Assembly (NCBI GenBank): GCA_964484555.1
Contig: CAZAHK010000001.1
Coordinates: 1 to 56,445, forward strand
DNA: 56,445 bases
DNA from: an uncultured Desulfobacula sp.
GTDB taxonomy: Bacteria; Desulfobacterota; Desulfobacteria; Desulfobacterales; Desulfobacteraceae
Reading direction: 5' to 3'
A program made the translations under genes and the position numbers. Under the pieces are notes generated by a model. The model made no database searches. It was given only the letters and a program-made list of their open reading frames with translations, and was not told the origin of the DNA. The stretch's first letter is position 1, and every line of letters starts with the position of its first letter. Below, one piece after another: positions 17,996 to 28,147 of the stretch.

Positions 17996-18205
17996 TTATT
18001 CCCCATCCTTATCCTTCTTTTTTTTGACCACTATCCGGTTGGCGGCAATTTCTCTTAAAACCGAAACGACATCGCCATTCCTGGATGATTTTACCAACAG
18101 TTCGGCCCCTTCTCTGATCTGCCGGACTCTTTTTGCGGCCAGATGAACCAGTGTAAATCTATTGTCCACATTTTTAAGACAATCTTCAATTGTGACTCTT
18201 GCCAA
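17996..18205 (-). CDS. rpoZ: RNA polymerase omega subunit
   Basis: MARVTIEDCL, NRFTLVHLAAKRVRQI, LREIA. Confidence 0.96.
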   Translation of the reverse strand: MARVTIEDCLKNVDNRFTLVHLAAKRVRQIREGAELLVKSSRNGDVVSVLREIAANRIVVKKKKDKDGE

Positions 18206-18222
18206 AGCAATACCTCCACTAT

Positions 18223-18702
18223 TTAAATAATCTCTAAGATCTCATAAACTCTTTTTCCGCCAGGGGCCTGCAGTACCGCCTCATCTCCGGGCTTTTTACC
18301 CAGGAGTGCACTTCCCAGGGGAGAAGAAACCGAAATTTTCCCCTGTTTTATGTCTGCCTCATCAGGCCCGACGATCATATATTCCACTTCTTCTTCCGAA
18401 TCCATATTCTCCACACGGACCCTGCTTGCAAATCTGACGGTATCCTTTGGAACGGTTTGAGGATCAATTATTTTTGCATTTCCGAGCTTGTAACTGAGTT
18501 CACCGATCCGGCCTTCCAGAAAAGACTGCCTTTCCTTTGCCGCATGGTATTCCGCATTTTCAGAAAGATCTCCGTGGGCCCTGGCAATCTCGATGGACCT
18601 GATGGTTTCCGGCCTTTCAATGGTCTTCAATCTTTCCAGTTCTTTTTTTAAAGCAGCATAGCCTTGTTTTGTAATGGGTACTTGTTCCAAGTTTGAGTTC
18701 AC
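18223..18702 (-). CDS. greA: Transcription elongation factor GreA
   Basis: ARAHGDLSENAEYHAAKE, ISVSSPLGSALLGK. Confidence 0.96.
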   Translation of the reverse strand: MNSNLEQVPITKQGYAALKKELERLKTIERPETIRSIEIARAHGDLSENAEYHAAKERQSFLEGRIGELSYKLGNAKIIDPQTVPKDTVRFASRVRVENMDSEEEVEYMIVGPDEADIKQGKISVSSPLGSALLGKKPGDEAVLQAPGGKRVYEILEII

Positions 18703-18740
18703 TCCATTTGATTTGTTTTTTTAAAGCGCTTCGCCGATAT

Positions 18741-19403
18741 TTATTTCATGTAGCCGATGATGGTTGATCCTGCTTTTGTCTTTTCACCAATACGAACGGC
18801 AACATCGAAATCATCAGGAAGATATAAATCCAGCCGGGAACCAAACCGGATCATCCCGTATCTGTCTCCCTTTGTGATTTTTTCTCTCTCCTTGACACAA
18901 TTCACAATTCTTCTGGCAATGAGCCCGGCTATCTGGACAACAACATACTCTGCTCCCCCAGGTGTTCTTACAATCAGGGCATTTCTTTCATTATGGACGG
19001 ATGCTTTATCAAAAGAGGCATTGATAAATTTTCCAGGGGTGTATTTAATTTTCTGCACCGTACCATCAAAGGGGATCCGGTTCACATGAACATTAAACAC
19101 ATTCATAAAAATGCTGACCTTGGTGCAGGGTCCGGTTAAATACTCACACCCGGATTGTTTTTCAATCACGATGACCTTGCCGTCGGCAGGGGATATGAGC
19201 CCTTTCTCATCCTTGGGAATATCACGGTCCGGATCTCGAAAAAACCAAGTGATGAACCCTGTCAACGCCAAAGAGATCCAGGCAAACCCCATCCACCCAA
19301 AATAAAAAAGCATCCCTGTAATAAGGATGGCTGTTGCAATAAATATCAGGCCGGGTTGAGCAACAGGCAAAACCGCCCTCACCGGCCATTTTGAATTATC
19401 CAT
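18741..19403 (-). CDS. psd: Phosphatidylserine decarboxylase proenzyme
   Basis: FFRDPDR, SPADG, FNVHVNR, RFGSRLD self-cleavage site. Confidence 0.93.
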   Translation of the reverse strand: MDNSKWPVRAVLPVAQPGLIFIATAILITGMLFYFGWMGFAWISLALTGFITWFFRDPDRDIPKDEKGLISPADGKVIVIEKQSGCEYLTGPCTKVSIFMNVFNVHVNRIPFDGTVQKIKYTPGKFINASFDKASVHNERNALIVRTPGGAEYVVVQIAGLIARRIVNCVKEREKITKGDRYGMIRFGSRLDLYLPDDFDVAVRIGEKTKAGSTIIGYMK

Positions 19404-19458
19404 AATCTTTTACCCCACTTTAATGAGGCGCTTACAATATCAAGGAATGGTTTTTATG

Positions 19459-20175
19459 TCAATATCCAGGGATTATAATCGGCAATTCCGCATCCGATTT
19501 CCGAATATATTTCGGGAGAAGGTCCCTTCCGGATTCAAAAAAATAACGATCTCTCAAACGCATGGACTGAACCAGGGCCGCTGCACTGGTATGATCGAAA
19601 AAACTTTGGGTGAAAACCGGCTGGTTTGCTTCCTGTTCGATCATATCTTTATAGGCTTTTGATCCTGAACCAGCAAATAATGCCGGTTTTCCCTGTGTCA
19701 TGGCAACAGCCTCTCCGGGTCCGACAACGACCTCAGGTGTCTTTGCTATAAGGTGGCCTTTATTAAAATGATAAATCGAACAATAAACCTCATTTCTTTT
19801 TGCATCCATCATGGCGCAAACCGGAATTGATGCGCAGGAGAATCGAAAGGCAATGCCGTCAAGGCTTGACACTCCCGCAACCGGTTTGTTCATGGCATAG
19901 GAAAGGCCTTTTATGACACTGATGCCGATTCTGAGCCCGGTAAAACTGCCCGGCCCCCTGGCCACCACAAACCCGTCAATATCATCCAGAGTCGTCCCGA
20001 CTCGATTTTTCAGCATATCCTCAATCATTTTTAAAACCCGGCTGGAATGGGTCACCCGGGTTGTCCGGAATTCTTCATATACCAATGAAAGCCCGTTCAC
20101 CAGAGCAAGACTGCATCCTTGTTCCGCCGTACTCAGCGCGAGAAGTCTTAAATTATTGAACGTCTTCCGGTCCAT
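19459..20175 (-). CDS. tsaB: tRNA threonylcarbamoyladenosine biosynthesis protein TsaB
   Basis: GPGSFTGLRIG, MDAKRNEVY, PKYIRKSDAE; start uncertain (20175 or 20199), overlaps the end of lon. Confidence 0.93.
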   Translation of the reverse strand: MDRKTFNNLRLLALSTAEQGCSLALVNGLSLVYEEFRTTRVTHSSRVLKMIEDMLKNRVGTTLDDIDGFVVARGPGSFTGLRIGISVIKGLSYAMNKPVAGVSSLDGIAFRFSCASIPVCAMMDAKRNEVYCSIYHFNKGHLIAKTPEVVVGPGEAVAMTQGKPALFAGSGSKAYKDMIEQEANQPVFTQSFFDHTSAAALVQSMRLRDRYFFESGRDLLPKYIRKSDAELPIIIPGY

Positions 20176-22549
20176 CTTTTTTTTCCAGGGCGATTTCAAG
20201 GACTTCCTTTATATCCCGGACACAGGTAAATTTCATTTTATTTTTGATCACCTTGGGCAAATCATATAAATCCTTCCTGTTTTTTTCCGGAATGATGATA
20301 TGCTCAATCCCGGCCTGTAAAGCACCCAGGGCTTTTTCTTTGAGTCCTCCGATGGGCAATACCCTTCCCCGAAGAGAAATCTCGCCCGTCATCCCGACCT
20401 TATTGTTCACCTTGCGGCCGGTAAAGGCTGAAATCAATGCTGTTGCCATGGCAATGCCGGCTGAAGGCCCATCCTTGGGGATTGCGCCGGCCGGAACATG
20501 GATGTGGATATCATTGTTATCAAGATCTTCTTTGCTGATATCAAATTTATCTGCATTTGATTTGGCATAGGTCAGTGCCGCCCGGGCGGATTCCTGCATG
20601 ACTTCACCGATCTGGCCCGTTACCAGGAGTTCCCCCTTCCCCTGGTAAAGAGCGACTTCAATATAAAGCTGCTCGCCGCCGACTTCCGTCCATGCAAGAC
20701 CTGTTGCCAGGCCGACCTGGCTTTCTTCCTGGTCCAGTTCTGCTATAAACTGGGGTGGCCCAAGATAAGTCGTCAGGTTTTGCCGGGTAATTGTAAATTT
20801 TCCTTTTTTGCCCTCGGCTATCTTTCTTGCTATTTTTCTGCAAATGGTATCGAGTTTGCGCTCCAGACCTCTCAGCCCGGCTTCCAGAGTATAGTCGGCA
20901 ATGATGGATTCAATGGCGCCTGAACTGAAATTGACCGATCTGCGAATCAGCCCGTTATCTTTTAATTTTCTGGGAAGGAGATATTTTTGGGCAATGGCCT
21001 TTTTCTCCTCCCGGGTATATCCGGGAACCCCGATCACTTCCATTCTGTCCAGCAAAGCCGATGGAATGGTATCGGAGATATTGGCCGTCAGGATAAAAAG
21101 TACATTGGAAAGATCAAAGGGCATATTGAGATAATGATCTGAAAATTCAAAATTCTGCTCAGGATCAAGGGCTTCCAGCAGCGCAGACGAAGGGTCGCCC
21201 CGGAAATCATTTCCCAATTTGTCGATTTCATCCAGCATGAATACCGGGTTGTTGGTGCCGCACTGACGAAGCCCCTGCAATATTCTTCCCGGCATGGAAC
21301 CGATATAGGTTCTTCGATGTCCCCTGATCTCGGCCTCATCTCTGATGCCTCCCAGGGACACCCGATGGAATTTGCGCTTCATGGCCTTTGCAATGGCCTT
21401 ACCAAGAGAGGTTTTGCCCGCGCCCGGGGGGCCCACAAAGCAGATAATCTGCCCTTTCTTATTCGGGTTTAATTTTCTGACGCTCAGATATTCCAGGATT
21501 CTTTCCTTGACCTTGTCCAGGCCAAAATGATTTTTATCCAGAACTTCCTGGGCCTTGGGAATATCCAGAAAATCTTTGGTAGCCTTGCTCCAGGGAAGCT
21601 CTACAATGCAATCCAGATAGGTTCTGACCACAGAGGCTTCTGAAGAATCATAATGCATCTGCTCAAGTCGCTTCAACTGCTTTTGGGCTTCTTTCTCACA
21701 GTCCGGGAGCATTTTACATTTTTCTATCTTTGTCTTGAATTCTTCTATTTCGGCAAATTTGTCGTCATTCTCCCCCAGCTCTTTATGAATGGCCTTGACC
21801 TGCTCTCTTAAATAATAATCCCTTTGATTTTTGGAAATTTCATCCTTAACATCGGTTTGAATCCTGGCCTGAACCGTTGAAAGATCCAATTCTCTTGCCA
21901 GAAGATCATTGACTTTTTTCAGCCGTTCAATTGCATCAATGATTTCCAGCAGCTCCTGGGCATCTTCCACCTTTGGGTTTAAATTGGAGGCCACCAGGTC
22001 AGCCAGCTTGCCCGGAGATTCAATATGGGACAGCAGATCACCGATGTCTCCGGAAAGCTCCCCTTTCAATGCCAATAATTTTTCACTGGCTTCTTTGACG
22101 TTTCTCATCAAAGCTTCATCTTCGATGGTAAGCGTTTTGGGGTCGGTGTCTTCCAAAAATTCAATCCGAACTTTGAAGAAAGGTCGTTTTTTAACATATT
22201 CCAATGCTTTTGCCTTGGCTATGCCTTGAACCAGAGCTTTAATCCGACCATCCGGCAATTTTATCATTTTCTGCACTCTGCCGACGGTGCCCACCGTATA
22301 AACGTCTTCAATGGTCGGTTTTTCGATCTCAGAATCTTTCTGTGCCGTCAAAAAAATATAACGATCATATTCAAAGCTTTCTTCAACTGCTTTGATGGAT
22401 TTTTCCCTTCCGACAAACAAAGGCAGCAGCATATCGGTGAAGACCACAACATCCCTGACAGGCATCATGGGAATAGTTGTCGGAATATCCTGTATGTTGC
22501 TTTCTTTTTCAATAATTTCGATCAGATCATCAATATCTGCCTCGGCCAT
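20153..22549 (-). CDS. lon: Lon protease
   Basis: GPPGAGKTS, GHRRTYIG, PKDGPSAG, IGGLKEK. Confidence 0.98.
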   Translation of the reverse strand: MAEADIDDLIEIIEKESNIQDIPTTIPMMPVRDVVVFTDMLLPLFVGREKSIKAVEESFEYDRYIFLTAQKDSEIEKPTIEDVYTVGTVGRVQKMIKLPDGRIKALVQGIAKAKALEYVKKRPFFKVRIEFLEDTDPKTLTIEDEALMRNVKEASEKLLALKGELSGDIGDLLSHIESPGKLADLVASNLNPKVEDAQELLEIIDAIERLKKVNDLLARELDLSTVQARIQTDVKDEISKNQRDYYLREQVKAIHKELGENDDKFAEIEEFKTKIEKCKMLPDCEKEAQKQLKRLEQMHYDSSEASVVRTYLDCIVELPWSKATKDFLDIPKAQEVLDKNHFGLDKVKERILEYLSVRKLNPNKKGQIICFVGPPGAGKTSLGKAIAKAMKRKFHRVSLGGIRDEAEIRGHRRTYIGSMPGRILQGLRQCGTNNPVFMLDEIDKLGNDFRGDPSSALLEALDPEQNFEFSDHYLNMPFDLSNVLFILTANISDTIPSALLDRMEVIGVPGYTREEKKAIAQKYLLPRKLKDNGLIRRSVNFSSGAIESIIADYTLEAGLRGLERKLDTICRKIARKIAEGKKGKFTITRQNLTTYLGPPQFIAELDQEESQVGLATGLAWTEVGGEQLYIEVALYQGKGELLVTGQIGEVMQESARAALTYAKSNADKFDISKEDLDNNDIHIHVPAGAIPKDGPSAGIAMATALISAFTGRKVNNKVGMTGEISLRGRVLPIGGLKEKALGALQAGIEHIIIPEKNRKDLYDLPKVIKNKMKFTCVRDIKEVLEIALEKKDGPEDVQ

Positions 22550-22747
22550 TCTTACTCCTTTATCCCTATGGAAAAAACAGATGAGTGCTTCTCATCCCGT
22601 GATGGTATCAACTGTTTGATATTTATCCACAACCCCTGTAAATTGTGACTGTACAATAAAACAGATTTCAGGTTTTACAATAACCTTGCAAAAAAAAAAT
22701 AAAAGATGTTAAAGGAAGCTGATAATTTATAACGAGAACAAAATACC

Positions 22748-23533
22748 ATGACCGAATATATGCTTTTCCCCGGATTGTTTGCTTTTATAGTGGGTGCCTG
22801 TATCGGCAGTTTTTTAAATGTCTGCATCTACAGAATACCTGAAAATCGCTCCGTCATTTCGCCGGGTTCCTTTTGCCCCTATTGCCATAACAGCATTCCC
22901 TTTTATCTCAACGTTCCGATCCTCAGTTATCTCTTCTTAAAAGGACGCTGCAAATTCTGCAACCATTCCATCTCCATCCGATATCCGCTCATTGAAGCCC
23001 TAACCGGAATCTTTGCCGTTTTACTGGTTCTAAAATTCGGTGTCACCCCTGTCGCATTCTTCTGGTTTATTTTCATCAGCGCCCTGATCACCATCTCCCT
23101 CATTGATATGGATCATCAGATTATTCCGGACCGCATATCCATTCCAGGCATCTTCATTTTTGCCTCATCGTTTTATTTTCTGCCTGAAATGACCCTGCTT
23201 CGCTCTTTTACAGGAATCTTGGCAGGTGGCGGGCTTTTATATGCCGTTGCAGCATTCTATTATCTGTTGAGAAAGCAGGAAGGCATGGGGGGCGGAGACA
23301 TCAAACTTCTGGCCATGATTGGTGCGGCAACAGGGGTTAAAGGGGTCTTGTTCACTGTCTTTACCGGGTCTCTGCTGGGGACCCTTGCAGGATTGGCGAC
23401 CATGTTTTACATGAAAAGATCCGATACTAAATTTAGGATACCATTTGGTCCCTTCCTGTCGGCCGGTTCAGTTTTGTATGTGTTTTTTGGGAATGAACTG
23501 ATTCAATGGTATATGGGACTCATAGGCCGTTAG
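22748..23533 (+). CDS. pilD: Type 4 prepilin peptidase (A24)
   Basis: GSFLNVCIYRIP, CPYC/CKFC zinc motifs, GMGGGDIKL, IPFGPFL. Confidence 0.95.
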   Translation: MTEYMLFPGLFAFIVGACIGSFLNVCIYRIPENRSVISPGSFCPYCHNSIPFYLNVPILSYLFLKGRCKFCNHSISIRYPLIEALTGIFAVLLVLKFGVTPVAFFWFIFISALITISLIDMDHQIIPDRISIPGIFIFASSFYFLPEMTLLRSFTGILAGGGLLYAVAAFYYLLRKQEGMGGGDIKLLAMIGAATGVKGVLFTVFTGSLLGTLAGLATMFYMKRSDTKFRIPFGPFLSAGSVLYVFFGNELIQWYMGLIGR

Positions 23534-24003
23534 GGATCTGGCCGGATATAACTGACCTCGATCACTACCTTCCCCTTTGTCGTCCTGAAAGGGAGTGCCA
23601 GGACATATTTTGATCCATCCATATGAGGAATTAGAGTGCCCTGCCCAAGCTTGATCTCTTTAAACTTAACCGTCACCTTCTTGCCCAATTCAGCAATTTT
23701 AGTGGTAACATGACCGGCCACCATATTGCTGATTTCACCTACCGCATCTTTAATGTCATCATTAATTTCCGCCATATCCTCTCCAAACATGGCAGAAACA
23801 ATACCCAGAATGCTTTTTTCCGAGAAACTGACGGCAGCCGAGCCTGTAAGGTCCCCTGAGATCTCAAGATATCCGGAAATATCTCCTAAGGATTTCCGGT
23901 CCATTTTAAAAAATGGGGGCTCGGATTTCACTTTGACAAACGCTGTCGTATCGAGAATATGTAGAGCCCCTTCAATGAAAGGATTAACAAGGGTTGCATC
24001 CAT
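23530..24003 (-). CDS. cheX: Chemotaxis phosphatase CheX
   Basis: Start MDATLVNPF at 24003 after a GGAG RBS; DAVGEISNMVAG (ExxN). Confidence 0.9.
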   Translation of the reverse strand: MDATLVNPFIEGALHILDTTAFVKVKSEPPFFKMDRKSLGDISGYLEISGDLTGSAAVSFSEKSILGIVSAMFGEDMAEINDDIKDAVGEISNMVAGHVTTKIAELGKKVTVKFKEIKLGQGTLIPHMDGSKYVLALPFRTTKGKVVIEVSYIRPDP

Positions 24004-24081
24004 ATTTTTTCTCCTTTGAAAAGATTTTATGTTTTTTCTTGAAATCCTGCAATATATTTTAAAAAAAAAGCGAATAAAGAC

Positions 24082-24110
24082 TTGACACGCCCTTCTCAAC
24101 GACGTAACGT
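24082..24110 (+). promoter_or_regulatory. Putative sigma-70 promoter of hup
   Basis: TTGACA-17 bp-TAACGT. Confidence 0.5.
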
Positions 24111-24212
24111 ACCGTGAAAAGCTGATTTGACTGAATAAAAGCGTAACAAGAGTGTGTAAAGACAAATTTAGTATTTGAAAATTTCTAAAACCTAAAAAAA
24201 GGAGTGATCAAG

Positions 24213-24482
24213 ATGAACAAAGGTGATTTAATCAACAAGGTTTCAGAAGTACTTAACAGCAAGAAAGATGCGCAGGCAGCGGTTGACTGTACCATTAAGG
24301 CAATAACTGAAGCCCTGTCCGGCAACGACTCTGTCACGCTGGTCGGCTTTGGAACATTCAAAACCGCAAAAAGAAAAGCCAGAAAAGGCAGAAATCCTCA
24401 AACCGGAAAAGAAATTAATATCCCAGCCAGAAATGTTCCTAAATTTGTCCCAGGAAAAGCACTTAAAGACTCTGTTAAATAA
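24213..24482 (+). CDS. hup: DNA-binding protein HU
   Basis: [33 protein letters not shown]. Confidence 0.96.
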   Translation: MNKGDLINKVSEVLNSKKDAQAAVDCTIKAITEALSGNDSVTLVGFGTFKTAKRKARKGRNPQTGKEINIPARNVPKFVPGKALKDSVK

Positions 24483-24499
24483 AATCCATAAGGATTCAA

Positions 24500-24540
24500 T
24501 CAGGCAGTATCTGAAATCCGGATACTGCCTGAATAACTTT
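24500..24540 (+). terminator. Stem-loop after hup
   Basis: TCAGGCAGTATC / GATACTGCCTGA, perfect 12-bp inverted repeat. Confidence 0.7.
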
Positions 24541-24545
24541 CTACA

Positions 24546-25298
24546 TTGACCCTATCCATAGATAAAATATTTCTACCATCCGTCGGGGTGGAGCTGATTT
24601 TTAATATGAATTCCCTGGAACCCTATTCCAGGTCGTCCATCATCTATGATGTCGACTTTAAAATCGAAACGGTTACAATTGCGAAGCCCCTCACTACTTT
24701 TTCAAAAAAGACGGTTTTCAAAGAACTGCATCTGACTACCGTCGTTCAGGAAAAAAACAGAAAAGCAAGATTTGGTGTAAAATGCAAAGATTTTGAACTC
24801 ATTGATCAATATCTGCTGGCAAACAAAAAAAAAGTACCGGCAGTTATTCTGAATTATAGACTTCCCATTGAGGAAACCAATATTCGATCTGCTTTTCGCT
24901 TGCCACTCAGCACAAAATATATCATAAAAACCAAAATACACTATGAGAATCTTGAGTATAAAAGCCCCAACGACTTTTCTGTCAGGGATGTTTCCTTTAA
25001 CGGTTTCGGCATTGTCATTCCCAAGACAAATATTAAGAAAGGCAATCCATTTTTAGAATTAAAAGTCGGCGAAGAACTATCACTCCAGATCACATTGATC
25101 CACACGGACAAAGAAAAACCCGGGGCTGAAATACCGATTCGTGCTCAGGTCAGAAGAATCAATCCCAGGTACTCAGACAGCTATATATTGATGGGGTTGA
25201 AAATCATCAATCTTTCCATCCAAAACGAAGGCCTGTTAAACAAATTCATCCATGATGCCCAGATTGAAGAGCTCAAACGACTGAGCAGAAAAGATTAG
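24546..25298 (+). CDS. PilZ-domain protein (YcgR-like architecture)
   Basis: RSAFR (RxxxR) and DVSFNG (DxSxxG) intact. Confidence 0.8.
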   Translation: MTLSIDKIFLPSVGVELIFNMNSLEPYSRSSIIYDVDFKIETVTIAKPLTTFSKKTVFKELHLTTVVQEKNRKARFGVKCKDFELIDQYLLANKKKVPAVILNYRLPIEETNIRSAFRLPLSTKYIIKTKIHYENLEYKSPNDFSVRDVSFNGFGIVIPKTNIKKGNPFLELKVGEELSLQITLIHTDKEKPGAEIPIRAQVRRINPRYSDSYILMGLKIINLSIQNEGLLNKFIHDAQIEELKRLSRKD

Positions 25299-26716
25299 AT
25301 ATTGTTGATATATTCGTTCAGCCAGGCCATCATCTTTTTTTGATCCGGGTCAGGGCTTAACACTGTACGTTCCAGGTCTTTTAATTCCTCAAGAGCCTCA
25401 TGACGGCTATATTTTGTATCCCCTCTGTACCCCTTGATCTTATTCGCCCCGGAAACAGATCGCAATTGGACTAAATGGCCTTGATATTCTTTGCTTGTTG
25501 CCTGCAAAGGACCCTTTGAAAAATTTCTATCCAGAATACGGTTCGCAAGAATTTTAATCCGCGGACTTTGTATCTGCGCGATAATTTCGTGTTTCCGGTC
25601 TTTACCGGCGAGGTGAAATTTATCGCATTCTTTTTTCTCCTTGCCGGAAAAAAAACCATCCTGATAAAGCGATGCATCAGGATCTATATCCGGGATGAAA
25701 AGATATCTGTATTCAAGATGGTATTGGATAAATTCAAAGAATTTTTCCCATTGACTGAAAATTTTTTTGAGATTTTCATCGGTAATCTGTTTTGAAGAGG
25801 CAGGCATTTTGTTCCAGAAGCGTTCAAGGGCCGGTAAAATGATCAATCCATCACCGGGCCGTTTCCTTATCACATGGGCATCCTCGATATTCAGTGAATC
25901 ACCAAAACCCGGAATTGTTTCTGAATCAAGACGCATCCAAAGACTTTGGTTTTTATAAGGCAAGGATTGACCTATATGGATGACAGGCGCCATATAATTG
26001 ACCTTTGAGCCGAAGGATAGGGAAATCATGATGCATATCCTGAAATATCTGCCCTGAATCTGAAAATCGCTTTTGATACGATTGATCCTTGCTTCTTCCT
26101 TTGTTTTACTGAAAAAATCAAGGCAATAATGCCAGGTCTCTTTCTGGTAGAATAATTTTTTGCTGAGTTCGATCAAGGACTCGACATCGTTCATTGCTTC
26201 ATGGGCTCGACCCGACGTGACAAGATTGTTTGCGCCCGAGATCAAATCGAGCTTCAGACTATGTTTTCCTTCTATTTCAGGCCATTTGATAATATCTGAA
26301 TGAAATATCCTATAAACTATGGTGACGGGCAGGATATCCATCCTGCTGCAACCATTGCCGTATTGATGGCTGTAGGGATCAAGAAGATTTCGATAGAACA
26401 TGAAGCGCAAAAACTCATCATCAAAGCCAAGCGAATTATATCCAAGACTAATGGTCTCAGGCGTATTCACCAGTTTATGAATTTTAAGCGCAGCCTCGTA
26501 CTCATGAATTCCAAGTGCCAATTCGTCATTTGTCAGCCCATGAGTCAAGAAGGCCTTTGGCGAAGGTACAATATCCCCCCGCAATTGAATTGTGACAGAT
26601 TGTCTGTTAATTTCCCGTAAGTGAAGATCCGTGCGGATAGAGGCAAAGGTTAAGATCTGATCAAAGACAGGGTTTAAACCGCTGGTTTCAACATCATAAA
26701 ATAAAAACGTCTTCAT
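25295..26716 (-). CDS. sbcB: Exodeoxyribonuclease I-like DEDDh exonuclease
   Basis: FYDVETSG, GYNSLGFDDEFLR..FYRNL.DPY, AHEAMNDV, DASLYQDGFF. Confidence 0.85.
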   Translation of the reverse strand: MKTFLFYDVETSGLNPVFDQILTFASIRTDLHLREINRQSVTIQLRGDIVPSPKAFLTHGLTNDELALGIHEYEAALKIHKLVNTPETISLGYNSLGFDDEFLRFMFYRNLLDPYSHQYGNGCSRMDILPVTIVYRIFHSDIIKWPEIEGKHSLKLDLISGANNLVTSGRAHEAMNDVESLIELSKKLFYQKETWHYCLDFFSKTKEEARINRIKSDFQIQGRYFRICIMISLSFGSKVNYMAPVIHIGQSLPYKNQSLWMRLDSETIPGFGDSLNIEDAHVIRKRPGDGLIILPALERFWNKMPASSKQITDENLKKIFSQWEKFFEFIQYHLEYRYLFIPDIDPDASLYQDGFFSGKEKKECDKFHLAGKDRKHEIIAQIQSPRIKILANRILDRNFSKGPLQATSKEYQGHLVQLRSVSGANKIKGYRGDTKYSRHEALEELKDLERTVLSPDPDQKKMMAWLNEYINNI

Positions 26717-26733
26717 TTTTTATATACAAAGAC

Positions 26734-26759
26734 AAAAAAGGGGCAAACAAATTGCCCCT
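26734..26759 (-). terminator. Rho-independent terminator after rpsI
   Basis: AGGGGCAA / TTGCCCCT stem followed by a U-tract on the minus strand. Confidence 0.75.
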
Positions 26760-26789
26760 CCCTGATGATTGTAAGATATAAAAAAACGG

Positions 26790-27185
26790 CTATCTTTTTG
26801 AAAACTGGAAGCTGGCTCTTGCACCTTTTTTACCGTATTTTTTACGCTCTTTCTGCCTTGAGTCCCTGGTGAGGAAACCTGCGCTTTTCAGCACTCCTCT
26901 CAGATCAGGATCAAGAATCACAAGCGCCTTGGAGACGCCGAGACGGATGGCACCGGCTTGGCCGGATTTCCCGCCACCCATAACCGTGGCTTTGACATCA
27001 AACGCATCGCTTTTTTGGGTAAGGACTAAGGGTGAGGTCAATAAATCTTTTGCAACATTCAGCTCAAAATATTCATCCACCTCTAGATCATTAATCACAA
27101 TTTTCCCATTGCCGGGCACCAACCATACTTTGGCAACAGATCCTTTTCTCTTGCCCGTCGCGTAAAATATATTTCCGCTATCCAT
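26790..27185 (-). CDS. rpsI: 30S ribosomal protein S9
   Basis: [29 protein letters not shown]. Confidence 0.98.
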   Translation of the reverse strand: MDSGNIFYATGKRKGSVAKVWLVPGNGKIVINDLEVDEYFELNVAKDLLTSPLVLTQKSDAFDVKATVMGGGKSGQAGAIRLGVSKALVILDPDLRGVLKSAGFLTRDSRQKERKKYGKKGARASFQFSKR

Positions 27186-27209
27186 TGATAATTACCGCGT
27201 CCTTTTTAC

Positions 27210-27644
27210 TTAAATTTCAATAGCATCAGGTTTTTGAGCAGCATGGGGATGCTGATCACCTGCGTAAACAAACAATTTTTTGCCAAGTTTCCTGCCGAGA
27301 CGATTTTTGGGAAGCATGCCGCGAACCGCTTTTTTAATAACCTCTTCCGGCTTTTTTGTAAGCAGTTCTTTTGCCGTCTCCGTCGTTAACCCGCCAATAT
27401 ATCCGGAATGGCGGTAATATTTCTTCTGATCCAATTTATTTCCCGTCATGCGAATTTTATCTGCATTGATTATAATCACCCAGTCCCCTGTATCCACATG
27501 GGGTGAAAAAAGAGGATTGTTCTTTCCGCGGATTCGATATGCCACCCGTGATGCGAGTCTCCCAAGAATCTTATCTTTTGCATCAATGACATACCAGTTC
27601 TCTTTATTATCAGATCTTTTGGCACTGTATGTATATTTTTTCAA
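27210..27644 (-). CDS. rplM: 50S ribosomal protein L13
   Basis: [35 protein letters not shown]; TTG start at 27644 (or 27653) after AGGAG. Confidence 0.98.
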   Translation of the reverse strand: MKKYTYSAKRSDNKENWYVIDAKDKILGRLASRVAYRIRGKNNPLFSPHVDTGDWVIIINADKIRMTGNKLDQKKYYRHSGYIGGLTTETAKELLTKKPEEVIKKAVRGMLPKNRLGRKLGKKLFVYAGDQHPHAAQKPDAIEI

Positions 27645-27683
27645 TTTTCTCAACGCTCCTTTTCATAAACACAATCAGGGATA

Positions 27684-27710
27684 ACTATATTTTTTTTAAA
27701 ATTTTGTCAA
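27684..27710 (-). promoter_or_regulatory. Putative sigma-70 promoter of rplM-rpsI
   Basis: TTGACA-15 bp-TATAGT (short spacer). Confidence 0.45.
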
Positions 27711-27717
27711 GCAAATT

Positions 27718-28128
27718 TTAAAGTTCTACTTGTTTCTTATCTATTAACACATGGGGCTCGAAGGGTTTTGAATCCTTGTCCGTCGAAAGTTTACTGGTTG
27801 TTTTACAGGTCACTTCAGCATTTAAAACGCCTCCGTTTTCGACGATGAGGTCCTTACACTCAACTTTTCCCTCGCACGTTCCCGTCGAAAGAATAATCAG
27901 CTCCTTTGAAGCAGTAACTTCACCTTTAAACTTCCCTCCAATGGTGATACTGGATACTTTTGTCGAGCTGGAATTCACCTGACCGTCTTCGGCTATAATC
28001 ACCACGTCCCCATCAATGGTCCCAGTGACCTGGCCCTTGATAATCAACTTTCCACTGCTTGATATTGAGCCCTCTATTTTCAACTCTTTATCAATGATTG
28101 AAAGATTCTTGCTGTTTTTTATTCCCAC
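27718..28128 (-). CDS. Bactofilin (CcmA-like polymer-forming cytoskeletal protein)
   Basis: GTG start 7 nt after AGGAG; beta-helix repeats SIIDKELKIEGSI, LIIKGQVTGTI, ITIGGKFKGEV, LIVENGGVLNA. Confidence 0.92.
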   Translation of the reverse strand: MGIKNSKNLSIIDKELKIEGSISSSGKLIIKGQVTGTIDGDVVIIAEDGQVNSSSTKVSSITIGGKFKGEVTASKELIILSTGTCEGKVECKDLIVENGGVLNAEVTCKTTSKLSTDKDSKPFEPHVLIDKKQVEL

Positions 28129-28147
28129 TCTAAATCTCCTCAATTGC

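Noticed and set aside
24004-24165. Upstream extension of cheX in the ORF track
   Set aside because: CheX homology and the RBS begin at 24003; the extension covers the divergent promoter region
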